A DNA stretch of 64,000 nt from an uncultured Bacteroides sp. GTDB taxonomy: Bacteria > Bacteroidota > Bacteroidia > Bacteroidales > Bacteroidaceae. Both the position numbers and the translations under genes were made by a program. Where the stretch lies: contig CAAEVR010000164.1 in assembly GCA_900759525.1 (NCBI GenBank), forward strand, positions 2,940 to 66,939, read 5' to 3'. Positions within the stretch are counted from its first letter, which is position 1. The number at the start of each line of letters is the position of its first letter. This document shows, piece by piece, positions 48,640-58,720 of the stretch. The notes beneath the pieces were generated by a model. That model ran no database searches, was not told the DNA's origin, and saw only the letters and a program-made list of their open reading frames with translations.

Positions 48640-51117
48640 TTACTCTGTAACAGACCTCAGCACAAGCTTACCAGATTTCACCCCTTTAGCCTTAGCCTCA
48701 AAAATGATTTCACCGGGCTGTTCGGCCATTTGAACAATGGCTGTCAGTTGGCCACTGAAAGCGGGCATCTTCGGCAAGTGGAATAAATCAAGTGAAGTTG
48801 CATCTCCATTAGCGGCAGCACGATAACGCCCCACACCTTTCACCGTAAAGTTTACAAGACGATTATCGGCAGGACAAAGGTTTCCGTCTTTATCAACCAC
48901 ACGAACAGTGATGTATGCCAAATCTTTACCATCGGCAGTGAGTTGGTCACGGTCAGCAATGACTTCCAGATGATGAGGTTTGCCGGCAGTACGAACTACT
49001 TTTTCTTCAGCAGGTTTGCCGGAAGCATCGTAAGCCACCACTTTCACTTCACCCGGCTCATAAGGAACGTCCATCCACATCAGGCGGTAACGACGTTGGA
49101 GGGCAAGTGTATCTTTGTCTTGAATAGCTTTACTCTCTTCGGCTGTCAGTTTATGCTGTTTACCATAGCTTTTTCCATTGACGAAAAGTTCGGCAGCAGG
49201 ATAGTTTGTGTAAACAAAGACAGGAGTATTCTCTCCTTCCCTACCCGGCCATGTCCAGTGAGGAAGTATATGGAGTGTATTCACATTCTTATTCCAAAGA
49301 CTACGGTACAGATAGTAGCGGTCTTTTGGCAAACTGGCAAGGTCAATGATACCAAACAAAGAGCTATGACTTGGCCATGCATCCGTATCATAAGGAGAAG
49401 GCTCACCCAGATAATCGAATCCTGTCCAAACGAATTGGCCGATAGTCCAGTCATAATCATCCGCTAAAGCAAAATCTTCATCTGGAACATTGGACCAGGC
49501 ACAATGCTCCAAGTCATATCCGGAAGACTGGTGATCATCGTACTTCGCATCCCCGCGTTTCTCTACAGGGAATTTATATACGCCACGGGAACTGACGGTA
49601 GAGGAAGTTTCAGAACCAAGTACTATATTCTGCGGCAACAGTTCATAAGCTTCCAGATAACGGTGTGCACGATAATTAAAACCGGGCACATCAATCATGG
49701 CGGCAAAACCATTAGCAAGAACGCAAGTCACCTGATCCATGCCGCAAGTAACAGGACGTGTCGGGTCTTCACGATGACAGATATCCTGCAAGAAAGAAGC
49801 GACTTTATAGCCTACGGGACTACATTGGGTAGGAACTTCATTACCGATACTCCACATTACGACACAAGGATTGTTGCGGAACTGATGCAACATATTTATC
49901 ATATCACGTTCTGCCCACTCGTTAAAATAACGGTGATAGCCATTCTCACATTTGGCAATGTCCCATTCGTCGAAAGGTTCCAGCATCATCATAAAGCCCA
50001 TTTCATCACAAAGTTGCACTAACTCCGGTGCCGGCATATTGTGAGCGGTGCGGATGGCATCACAACCCATATCTTTCAGCATCGTAAGTTGACGGCGCAA
50101 TGCAGCAACATTGATGGCTGCGCCTAACGGACCGAGATCGTGGTGATTGCATACCCCCTGGAACTTGCGATGCTTACCGTTCAGGAAAAATCCTTTGTCG
50201 GCAATGATTTCTATGCTGCGGATGCCGAAACGAGTAGTGTATTCATCCGTTTGCTTGCCATCGGCATAGATTTTGGAAACAGCCTTATATAAATAAGGTG
50301 TCTCCGGCGACCACAAGCAAGGAGCATTCACCAGGAAGTTTTGTTCAAATGGCTGACCATGATTAATCTTACGGGTATTATCCTTCGTTGCAACGACTTT
50401 CCCATCGGGAGAGATTATCTCTGTTACGATACGGATATCCCTTTCTTCATCATTGGCAATAGTGGTCAACAGACGTACTGAAGCATACTCATCAGAAACA
50501 TGAGGAGTAGTCAGCTGAGTGCCCCATACAGGAACATGTACTTTATCGGTACTCACTACACGCACATTGCGATAAAGTCCTGCACCGGGATACCAACGGG
50601 AAGATTGTGGTTTATTCTCCAGACGCACGGCAAGCGTATTGTTTTTACCGTCTTTATTCAAAAGTCCGGTGACATCACAATGGAAAGAATTATATCCAAA
50701 TGGCCAGAAGCATGCTTCTTGTCCATTGACATATACACGGGCTTCGCTCATGGCACCGTCAAAGACAAGTGTCGTCTGCTGATTGACGGGGGCATCGAAC
50801 GTAGTACGATACCATCCGATGCCAACATAAGGAAGTCCACCGGTACGTCCGGTTTTGACGGAAGCTTTCCTCTCGAAGTTCTGCGTTACCGCCACTTCCT
50901 GCAAATCGTTGCTGCGATCGAAGGGACCGAAGATGGCCCAGTCGTGAGGCACGGTTACGGTTTCCCACTTCCGGTCGTCAAATTCCGGCTTCATGGCTTC
51001 CGGAGCTTCCCCCTTCATGAACTTCCAGTTCTTTTCGAGTAGATACTCGCTGCGCTGAGCCATTACCATCAATGAAAGGAGGGCACAGCACGAAAATGCC
51101 AACACGTTCTTTCTCAT
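48640..51117 (-). CDS. GH2 beta-galactosidase
   Basis: VPHDWAI, FDGAMS, GVCNHHDLG, IRTAHN, WSIGNE, GSET, WTGFDYLGE. Confidence 0.95.
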   Translation of the reverse strand: MRKNVLAFSCCALLSLMVMAQRSEYLLEKNWKFMKGEAPEAMKPEFDDRKWETVTVPHDWAIFGPFDRSNDLQEVAVTQNFERKASVKTGRTGGLPYVGIGWYRTTFDAPVNQQTTLVFDGAMSEARVYVNGQEACFWPFGYNSFHCDVTGLLNKDGKNNTLAVRLENKPQSSRWYPGAGLYRNVRVVSTDKVHVPVWGTQLTTPHVSDEYASVRLLTTIANDEERDIRIVTEIISPDGKVVATKDNTRKINHGQPFEQNFLVNAPCLWSPETPYLYKAVSKIYADGKQTDEYTTRFGIRSIEIIADKGFFLNGKHRKFQGVCNHHDLGPLGAAINVAALRRQLTMLKDMGCDAIRTAHNMPAPELVQLCDEMGFMMMLEPFDEWDIAKCENGYHRYFNEWAERDMINMLHQFRNNPCVVMWSIGNEVPTQCSPVGYKVASFLQDICHREDPTRPVTCGMDQVTCVLANGFAAMIDVPGFNYRAHRYLEAYELLPQNIVLGSETSSTVSSRGVYKFPVEKRGDAKYDDHQSSGYDLEHCAWSNVPDEDFALADDYDWTIGQFVWTGFDYLGEPSPYDTDAWPSHSSLFGIIDLASLPKDRYYLYRSLWNKNVNTLHILPHWTWPGREGENTPVFVYTNYPAAELFVNGKSYGKQHKLTAEESKAIQDKDTLALQRRYRLMWMDVPYEPGEVKVVAYDASGKPAEEKVVRTAGKPHHLEVIADRDQLTADGKDLAYITVRVVDKDGNLCPADNRLVNFTVKGVGRYRAAANGDATSLDLFHLPKMPAFSGQLTAIVQMAEQPGEIIFEAKAKGVKSGKLVLRSVTE

Positions 51118-51153
51118 TTGTCTTTTGCTGTTTTTATTGATAAATGATTATTA

Positions 51154-52233
51154 TTATTTGAATGCATCCATTATTACAGTAGGGGAACCATCTTCGGTAA
51201 ATGCACCCAACCGATACTGACTTGGCTTACACTCGGGTTCCCAGTAAAACACACCTTTGCAGCGTCCATCCGTGTTATCGCGGCATTCTTCCAGAATGCG
51301 GCTCAGTAGTGCTTTCCCTTCGGCAAGAACAGCATCACCGGCCAGTTTGCCATTATCGTCGGCACACTCCATGCCTGTTTCTACGATCATCACATCACAA
51401 TCGTATTTCTCGCTTACTTTCTTGATGTTGGTTATGCAATCCGTAATGGTTTTCTCTGCAGAGGTTTCTTTCCCGCTGTTCAAAGCCCAGTAGGGATAGA
51501 GCGACATACCTATCATGTCCCATTTGGCACCATTATTTTTCAGGATGTCCAAGTTCCAGTTGTAGAGTTCGTTATCGAAACCATTATCCAAATGCACTAT
51601 CACAATGGATTGAGGAAAAACCGCTTTCACGGCTTCATAACCGGCAGCAAACAGTTCGGCATATTGCTTCGGATTCCGGTCGGCTTGCCCCATATCCCAT
51701 AAGAATCCGTTGCTGGTTTCATTGCCCACTTGCACCCATTCGGGGGTGATGCCCTTATCTTTCAGAGCGTTCAGCACGTCTTTGGTATGGTCGGCAATCG
51801 CTACTTTCGTTTCATTGAGCGAGAGTCCTATCCATGCAGCGGGGATGTTCTGCTTACCCGGATCGGCCCATACATCACTGTAATGGAAATCAATCATCAG
51901 CCTCATGCCCAGCTGATGGGCACGCCAGGCTTTCGCCACAACATCGCTCTTATTGCACCAGCCGTCCGAGGGGTTCACCCATACACGCAAACGGATAGAG
52001 TTCATACCCAAGTCACGCATCAAAGTCATACATTCCGTTTGCCGGCCTGAAGCATCATAAAACTTAGCTCCGGAGGCTTCCATTTGCGTCAACCAACTGA
52101 TATCGGCACCTTTGGCAAATCCGGTCATATCATAAGTAGGCTCTTGGGGAAATTCCGGAGTTTTATCATCATTGCTACAAGCGGCTGCTCCCAGAAGGAG
52201 CAAGCCGGCTACTAATATATTCATATATTTCAT
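51154..52233 (-). CDS. GH53 endo-beta-1,4-galactanase, surface lipoprotein
   Basis: Lipobox AAAC; KGADISW, IDFHYSDVWADPGKQ, QVGNE, IVETG, FYWEP. Confidence 0.95.
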   Translation of the reverse strand: MKYMNILVAGLLLLGAAACSNDDKTPEFPQEPTYDMTGFAKGADISWLTQMEASGAKFYDASGRQTECMTLMRDLGMNSIRLRVWVNPSDGWCNKSDVVAKAWRAHQLGMRLMIDFHYSDVWADPGKQNIPAAWIGLSLNETKVAIADHTKDVLNALKDKGITPEWVQVGNETSNGFLWDMGQADRNPKQYAELFAAGYEAVKAVFPQSIVIVHLDNGFDNELYNWNLDILKNNGAKWDMIGMSLYPYWALNSGKETSAEKTITDCITNIKKVSEKYDCDVMIVETGMECADDNGKLAGDAVLAEGKALLSRILEECRDNTDGRCKGVFYWEPECKPSQYRLGAFTEDGSPTVIMDAFK

Positions 52234-52245
52234 AATTCAGTTCAT

Positions 52246-53979
52246 TTATTCAATGGTATAGGTTGCATTTATTAAATCTACAGTAAGGGTGTATGTACCC
52301 GGTGCCAACGAGGCATCATCCGTAATGCCGTCAGCACCCTTATAATAAAGTTTTCCGGCACTTCCGCCATAAACGTAATCCCAGTTTCCGTCAAAAAGGT
52401 AAATCTTAAATCCCCAGGCAGACGGTTGTGTGATAGTAATGCCGCCACTAAACACGCCAATAGTATTTGCAGCAGGCAACGGCTCGAAAGTCCAATCTTC
52501 ATCTTTCAGCTTATTAAGACCTGCGATATAGATCTCTCTGCCTAAAGCCCTTGAATTATAAGTCAACGCTTTCAAAGATACATCAAAGAAATAAAGACCA
52601 CCATCAGGAGCCGGAATATTGACGGCCCCGTCTCCAACCTCGAATGCCAATGTACCGGCGTCCGCACCACCCTCATTCAAAGTATAGACCGCACTCCAAT
52701 TCCCATCTTCAATACCTATCTGATATCCCCAGGGAGCGTTCACATCTGCTACCCCCGCATATCCCAGATTATCTTCATTATAAAGGCGCAAGTGGTGGTT
52801 GAAGTTCCAGCCGCCTTCCCCTTCACTGATACCCAGCATATAGAGAGTCTCACGCGCCGGTTCCGGCTCCGGTTCCGGTTCTGCACTACCGCTGCTTACT
52901 TCCACTGTCCATTGCTTCGAATTACTCAAGTCAATCGTCAAGGTACATTCTCCCGCAGCAGGAACGTTTACAGTGATATTGCCTGCCTGAGCGCCAAAGA
53001 TAAGAGTTTCTCCACTTTGCCCAAAGCCTACCGGAGTATTTTTTGCAGCATCATCATCCGTTCCGGTAGAAGAGTCATACAGTTTACCTGTTCCGGAAAT
53101 CTGCAAAGTGATATTTCCAGCTTGTACGGCATTGAAAGCATAGGTCCATTTCGTATTCGGACGATCGAAAGTCATCTCTCCGGACAAATCTCCCGCAAGA
53201 GTAAGAGAGGGGATGTAAAGAGCAGACCATAATTTAGTATTGACATTCACGTCCACATAGTAACAACCGCCTATTCCCGGAGACCAGCAGTTCCAACGCT
53301 TTTCGTCATCGTCTTCCGAGGACAACACGAAAGCGGTTCCCGTCACACCGTCATTACCCCAAACCGCTCCGTTGCCTTCTTTCAGATAGAAGTTATACCA
53401 AGGAGTAAGCCCCATAAATCCTTTATAGTCACCATCGGAAGCATCTGAATAAAGCACCATGCCGGTTTCTTCCTTATCGGTATTGAGAATATATCCCATA
53501 CTCATATCGATGGTGTAAGGGGTAACAGATACCTTCACTATATTGGAATACACTGGTATCATATTGTTCCCCGTCCGGGCAGCAAGACGGAAATAGACAT
53601 TGTTCGCCACATCGGGAGTAGCACCTATACTCTTGGCCAACGCATTGAGTGCCGCTCCGGTATAGGCCTTTGAAAGAGAATTCTCGGAACTTTCATTCAC
53701 CACACCCGAGAAGTCCTCAGTAGTGGAAACTTGCAAGATCTGGATAGTCACATCAATAGCCGACAGACCGGGATCACTTATCTGTAAAGCATCTTTAGTC
53801 CATGCCAACGATAACACAATGTCCTTACTGTTTTCTTGCAACAGGACAACATTGCTCTCCGTGGCAACCAGTTCTCCCGCTTCAAGGCTGCTCAAGTATA
53901 TCTTATCTTCATCCTTTTCGCAAGCGGCAAAGCCTAATGTCAGTGCGAGAAGGAGAATGAAATTCTTCATTGTCTTCAT
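52246..53979 (-). CDS. Surface glycan-binding lipoprotein (SusE-like / DUF5114)
   Basis: Lipobox FAAC+EKDED, YSNIVKVSVTPY, EPEPEPEP linker; directly after susD. Confidence 0.82.
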   Translation of the reverse strand: MKTMKNFILLLALTLGFAACEKDEDKIYLSSLEAGELVATESNVVLLQENSKDIVLSLAWTKDALQISDPGLSAIDVTIQILQVSTTEDFSGVVNESSENSLSKAYTGAALNALAKSIGATPDVANNVYFRLAARTGNNMIPVYSNIVKVSVTPYTIDMSMGYILNTDKEETGMVLYSDASDGDYKGFMGLTPWYNFYLKEGNGAVWGNDGVTGTAFVLSSEDDDEKRWNCWSPGIGGCYYVDVNVNTKLWSALYIPSLTLAGDLSGEMTFDRPNTKWTYAFNAVQAGNITLQISGTGKLYDSSTGTDDDAAKNTPVGFGQSGETLIFGAQAGNITVNVPAAGECTLTIDLSNSKQWTVEVSSGSAEPEPEPEPARETLYMLGISEGEGGWNFNHHLRLYNEDNLGYAGVADVNAPWGYQIGIEDGNWSAVYTLNEGGADAGTLAFEVGDGAVNIPAPDGGLYFFDVSLKALTYNSRALGREIYIAGLNKLKDEDWTFEPLPAANTIGVFSGGITITQPSAWGFKIYLFDGNWDYVYGGSAGKLYYKGADGITDDASLAPGTYTLTVDLINATYTIE

Positions 53980-53994
53980 ATAAAATGTATTAAA

Positions 53995-55572
53995 TTAATA
54001 GTTTTCGTTATAAAGATTCGGATTAGCCGTCAATTCGGTAGACGGAATAGGATAAATGTTGAATTTATCGTCCACAGCCTGCCCCGTAATCGTACCGCCC
54101 TTCCATTGCCACAGATAGGCGGCAGTGGTGAACTTACCGTAGCGTATCAGATCCGTACGACGTACACACTCCATGTAGAGTTCACGTGCCCGCTCATCCA
54201 AGATGAAGTCGACCGTCATTTGTCCATCAGTAATATTGCCTGAATCATTACCAAAGGCACGCATACGTAGTGCGTTGACATAACTTAAAGCTGTGGTACG
54301 GCTACTACCTTCGCCCCCTCTCACCACAGCCTCGGCCAGCATTAGGTAGACATCTGCCAAACGGAAAACAGGGAAATCGGTACTGGCACTACCGTCATTG
54401 CTGGGGGAACCAGCTTCGCCGGCATCAGTCAGATTGGTCCACTTCTCGGACAGATAGCCATTGCTCTGGCTCTCCACTACATCAACCGACTGGGTTTGAC
54501 CTTCGGTATAAAACATAGCGCGGCTATCATTCGCATCAAAAAGATTAGGAAACTCGCCTCGCAGGCGGAAGCTTCCCCAGCCGGACGGCACTCCATAGTC
54601 GGTGGGCAACTGTGTATCAGAAGTGTTATTTATACTACCACAAATGATATAGGTAGTCGCACCCCACGTCATGGTGCGTTCAGAATCCACCGGGAAAGCA
54701 TAGATGATTTCGTTCGTGCGCAAGTGGTTGTCGGCATTGAACAACAGGGCATAGTCGTCTTCCAGCGTATAGCCCGCCGTCAAAATGCGGTTGCAGTAAG
54801 TGATACAGTCCGTCCAGCGGGCGGTACCGGTATAAATCTCAGCATTGAGGTAGAGGCGTGCCAGCAAGGCGTGAGCAGCTGAGCGGGAAGCACGACCGTA
54901 CTCGCAGGCCGTGCGGTCCAGCAGGTCGTCATCAATCGCTTTCAGTTCTGACTCCAGATAATCGAATAACTGCTTTCCAGTATAGCGCGGCGGCAAATAA
55001 TTACCCACAGGGTCTCCCTCTGTGACGAAGGGCACGTTGCGGAAGAGATCGAGAGCATGAGTATAGGCCAAGGCGCGGATGAAGCGGGCTTCGGCACGAT
55101 AATGACGAATCTCCTCCTGCTCGCTCTCGCTGAAGGCGCTGATTTGTCCGTCAGTGGCGTTACGCAGGAATTCGTTGCACAGTGCTATGGTGTAGTAGAT
55201 ACGGTAGTACGTATCAGATACCCACACATCGTTGGCATCCCAGCTCAGGTAGGTGAGACCACTCATCTTGTCGCCCTCCTGCCAGGTGTATACCAGTTCG
55301 TCCGTACCACACTCTTGCATATTGAAGTAGCAACGCAGGCAATCGTAGCCGGAGTTACTACTCATGTCGGAGTTGCCGCCACCCTTCTCCTGTCCGGAAA
55401 TAACAAAGGAAACATAAAGTTTACCCAAGACGGCTTTGTAGTTGGCGGCCGACGTATAGACATCTGCCGATGTGGTTTCAATGTGCGGATACTGGTTGAG
55501 GTCGCCTACGCAAGAAGTAGTAAGGAATGTACCGGCAAACAGCAGCGCGGCGTAATATAATATCTTTTTCAT
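53995..55572 (-). CDS. SusD family lipoprotein (galactan PUL)
   Basis: TSCVGDL lipobox, AEARFIRA, FRLADVYLMLAEA, ERARELYMECVRRTDLIRYG. Confidence 0.93.
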   Translation of the reverse strand: MKKILYYAALLFAGTFLTTSCVGDLNQYPHIETTSADVYTSAANYKAVLGKLYVSFVISGQEKGGGNSDMSSNSGYDCLRCYFNMQECGTDELVYTWQEGDKMSGLTYLSWDANDVWVSDTYYRIYYTIALCNEFLRNATDGQISAFSESEQEEIRHYRAEARFIRALAYTHALDLFRNVPFVTEGDPVGNYLPPRYTGKQLFDYLESELKAIDDDLLDRTACEYGRASRSAAHALLARLYLNAEIYTGTARWTDCITYCNRILTAGYTLEDDYALLFNADNHLRTNEIIYAFPVDSERTMTWGATTYIICGSINNTSDTQLPTDYGVPSGWGSFRLRGEFPNLFDANDSRAMFYTEGQTQSVDVVESQSNGYLSEKWTNLTDAGEAGSPSNDGSASTDFPVFRLADVYLMLAEAVVRGGEGSSRTTALSYVNALRMRAFGNDSGNITDGQMTVDFILDERARELYMECVRRTDLIRYGKFTTAAYLWQWKGGTITGQAVDDKFNIYPIPSTELTANPNLYNENY

Positions 55573-55599
55573 ATCTTGTTCTTTATTGATGTTGACGAA

Positions 55600-58569
55600 T
55601 TAGAATTCAAATCCCAGACTGAGCGAGTAAGTACGCGGACGGGGATAGAAAGAGGAGTCCATACCATTCGACACTTCAGGATCGACTCCCGAATAGCGGG
55701 TGATGCAGAAGACGTTCTGCACCATGACACTGGCGTTGAGGCTGAACCAACGGCACAGGCGCCCGAAATTATAGGACAGCGAAAGATTGTCCATTTTCAG
55801 AAATGAGCCATTCTCCACGTAGTAGTCCGACAGATGCTGGCGGCTTTGGAAGTTGGTCTTCAAATAACTGCTGTGCAGATTATTCAGTTGATAGGAATTA
55901 TAGCTCATTGTTCCCCAAGCACCGGTGTTCATCGCCATTCCGTTATACATGTAGTTTCCCACATTGGCACGCAGACTGGTACTGAATGTCCACTTCCTGT
56001 AGTTTAGTGAGGTACTGAAACCAAAAATAAAATCAGGCGTAGGTGACTTGTAACGGTAGAGATCGCTGGAGTTTATCTCGCCATCACCGTTCAAGTCAGC
56101 ATATGCACCCTCAATGGGACGACCGGTTTCAGAGTCGTAGAGTTGCTTGTATACATAGAACATGTAGGGTTCGTAACCTTCACTCAACACCTGGACAATC
56201 TGTCCGTCAATGGAGGCACCTGCGGATATGTTGGTAGTGGCACCACCTTCTACCAGTGAGAGGTTCTTGACTTTCATCTTCTGCCAAGTCATGTTGAAGC
56301 TGACATCCCAGTTCCAGTTCTTACTTTGGATGGGGGTGGCATTCAAGGTGACTTCAATACCCTTGCTGTCCACATTGCCTACGTTGGTTAAAATGTTCTT
56401 ATCAAAATTAACTCCGGCAGGAGAGGCGACGGTGGCCAGCAAATCCTTGGTTTGGCGGGTATAATAGTCAAAACTACCGGTAATACGGTCCTTCAGCAGC
56501 CCGAAATCAAATCCGACATTCCAGGCAGTGGTGGTCTCCCACTTCAGGCCTGAGACGTAGGCTTCGGGACGGTAGGTAGTGGTGTACTGGTTACCAAACA
56601 GTGCCTCGGCTCCGGTTTGGCTGGCGGTATAGACAGGCAGGTAATTGTAGTTGCCAATACCGTCCTGCTGACCGGTGACTCCGTAGCTGGCCCTCAATTT
56701 CAGGTTGCTAAGCACTGGATTATCTTTCAGGAAAGCCTCCTCACTGACTCTCCATGCCAAAGCTACAGAGGGGAAAGTGCCCCATCGGTTGTCAGGATTG
56801 AAGCGAGAGGTGCCATCACGGCGCATAGTAGCCGTCAGCATATAGCGGGAGTCGAATGTGTAGTTCAGACGAGCATAATATGACAAGAGTACGTGGCGCT
56901 GGTCAGTGGCAGCAGTAGTACTCTGCGGCTCCGCCAGAATGTTCAGTTCGCTGTATTGGGGAGATGTGCTCTTCCAGTGCTGATAGTCGTAACCCACTGT
57001 GGCGTCAATACTGCTCTTCCAAACGTCAATGTATTTATTGTAGTTTAGATAAGTGGTGAGCAGTCGGTTAGTGTTCTTCTGCGGACCGTACTTATAGTCA
57101 CGGCCTGAAGTGGTTTGGTATTGGGCGGCTTCGGCAGGAACATATATCCTGCCCTGCCCCTTGGCATAGTCGTATCCCAAAGTGGCGTGAAACTTCAGTT
57201 CGGGCAGAAAATGCATCTTGTAATCTACATCGAAGTTGCCAACCAGGCGAGACACCCGGCTTGTAGATTTATATTGTTCGAGTGCTCCCAGCGGATTGAG
57301 GGTACCGCCAGTGACTATCTGTCCTGCATTGTCGAGGGCTTCATTATAACCGCCGAAAGTGTCGTTGCCTGAGTAAACGGGTATGGTTGGATTCCATGTG
57401 GTCGCATTCCAGATCACATCGGACTTGGCAAAACGATTGTTGTTGCGCGAGGCTTTGACGTTAAGATTCAACTTCAAATGTTCGTCAAAGAAAGAGGGTG
57501 ACAAGGAGAGGCTTCCCGTAAGACGTTCGGCATTGTCGGTCTTCAGCAATCCGTCCTGATTGTAGTAGCCCAGAGAAACACGGATGGGAAAGTTGCGAGT
57601 GATGCGACCGGAGACACTAAGGTTGTTGTCGGTACCGAAGGCAGTATGGAAAATCTGATCATTCCAATCAGTGTCGGCGGTACCCAGCAAAGACTTCTGC
57701 GCATCGGTACCCTGTGTATTGACAAGGTTAATGAACTCCTCGCGCGAAAGCATATCAGTCATTTTTGTACGGGTTTGTATTGAATTGGTAGTAGTAAGAC
57801 TTACCTTTATACGGTCTGTAGTGCCTTTCTTGGTAGTAATGATTATGACACCGTTTGATGCACGCGAACCGTAGATGGCGGTGGACGAAGCATCTTTCAA
57901 GATAGTCATACTTTCTATATCACTCGGATTAATCAGTGCCAGAAAGTTACCGTCATTACCACTGATACCACCTGTTTCGAGGGGTACACCATCCAAAACT
58001 ATAAGCGGATCATTACTGGCGTTCAGCGAAGCGCCACCGCGAATACGGATGGTGCTTCCGGCTGTTGGTGAGCCACTATTGCTCATAATCTGTACACCGG
58101 ATACCTTACCGTTAATCAACTGTTCAGGCGAGGAAATCAGTCCGGAATTGAAATCCTTACTGCTAACATTGGAAACAGAACCGGTGAGATCGCTCTTGCG
58201 TTGCGTACCATAACCAATGACAACGACGTCACTCAACATCTGTGCATCGCTTTTCATTTTCACATTTACAGTGTTGCCGCTTGGCACAGGTACAGTTACA
58301 GTTTCATAGCCTACATAGGATATTTGTAAGGCGGTAGCTCCTGAAGGAACAATGATGTTGAAATTTCCATCAAGGTCGGTGATTACACCCGTACTGGTAC
58401 CTACTACCAGAATACTGGCGCCGATTAGTGGTTCGTTCGTGTCGTCTACAACATGCCCGGTTATTTTCTTCCCCTCTTGTGCAAAGGCCGGACTGACAGT
58501 TCCTAACAATGCGATACACAGCAGGCAAAAGAACGCTGTGGCGCGAAAACTTAAGATTTTGTTTCTCAT
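55600..58569 (-). CDS. SusC family TonB-dependent transporter (galactan PUL)
   Basis: VVIGYGT, LKDASSTAIYGSRASNGVIIITTK, LKWETT, terminal GFEF. Confidence 0.96.
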   Translation of the reverse strand: MRNKILSFRATAFFCLLCIALLGTVSPAFAQEGKKITGHVVDDTNEPLIGASILVVGTSTGVITDLDGNFNIIVPSGATALQISYVGYETVTVPVPSGNTVNVKMKSDAQMLSDVVVIGYGTQRKSDLTGSVSNVSSKDFNSGLISSPEQLINGKVSGVQIMSNSGSPTAGSTIRIRGGASLNASNDPLIVLDGVPLETGGISGNDGNFLALINPSDIESMTILKDASSTAIYGSRASNGVIIITTKKGTTDRIKVSLTTTNSIQTRTKMTDMLSREEFINLVNTQGTDAQKSLLGTADTDWNDQIFHTAFGTDNNLSVSGRITRNFPIRVSLGYYNQDGLLKTDNAERLTGSLSLSPSFFDEHLKLNLNVKASRNNNRFAKSDVIWNATTWNPTIPVYSGNDTFGGYNEALDNAGQIVTGGTLNPLGALEQYKSTSRVSRLVGNFDVDYKMHFLPELKFHATLGYDYAKGQGRIYVPAEAAQYQTTSGRDYKYGPQKNTNRLLTTYLNYNKYIDVWKSSIDATVGYDYQHWKSTSPQYSELNILAEPQSTTAATDQRHVLLSYYARLNYTFDSRYMLTATMRRDGTSRFNPDNRWGTFPSVALAWRVSEEAFLKDNPVLSNLKLRASYGVTGQQDGIGNYNYLPVYTASQTGAEALFGNQYTTTYRPEAYVSGLKWETTTAWNVGFDFGLLKDRITGSFDYYTRQTKDLLATVASPAGVNFDKNILTNVGNVDSKGIEVTLNATPIQSKNWNWDVSFNMTWQKMKVKNLSLVEGGATTNISAGASIDGQIVQVLSEGYEPYMFYVYKQLYDSETGRPIEGAYADLNGDGEINSSDLYRYKSPTPDFIFGFSTSLNYRKWTFSTSLRANVGNYMYNGMAMNTGAWGTMSYNSYQLNNLHSSYLKTNFQSRQHLSDYYVENGSFLKMDNLSLSYNFGRLCRWFSLNASVMVQNVFCITRYSGVDPEVSNGMDSSFYPRPRTYSLSLGFEF

Positions 58570-58616
58570 ACGTGGTATTTGTTTTAAAGTGTTACATAAT
58601 CAAATCTAAAGAGATC

Positions 58617-58707
58617 TTTCATCCGCAGATGACGCGGATTGCACAGATTTTCTTTTATGTTGCGCAGTTATTCAAAACCGCGTAATACGTGTCCTCTGCG
58701 GATGAAA
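58617..58707. repeat. Inverted repeat with 9-bp-like subrepeats (CGCAGAT/CGCGGAT/CACAGAT)
   Basis: TTTCATCCGCAGA ... TCTGCGGATGAAA between the GH147-like gene and susC. Confidence 0.65.
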
Positions 58708-58720
58708 AATTGTAGTTATT

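Noticed and set aside
52858..52882. 6-bp repeat (EPEPEPEP) in the SGBP gene as a phase-variation tract
   Set aside because: It is an in-frame Pro/Glu interdomain linker, so length changes would not switch expression.
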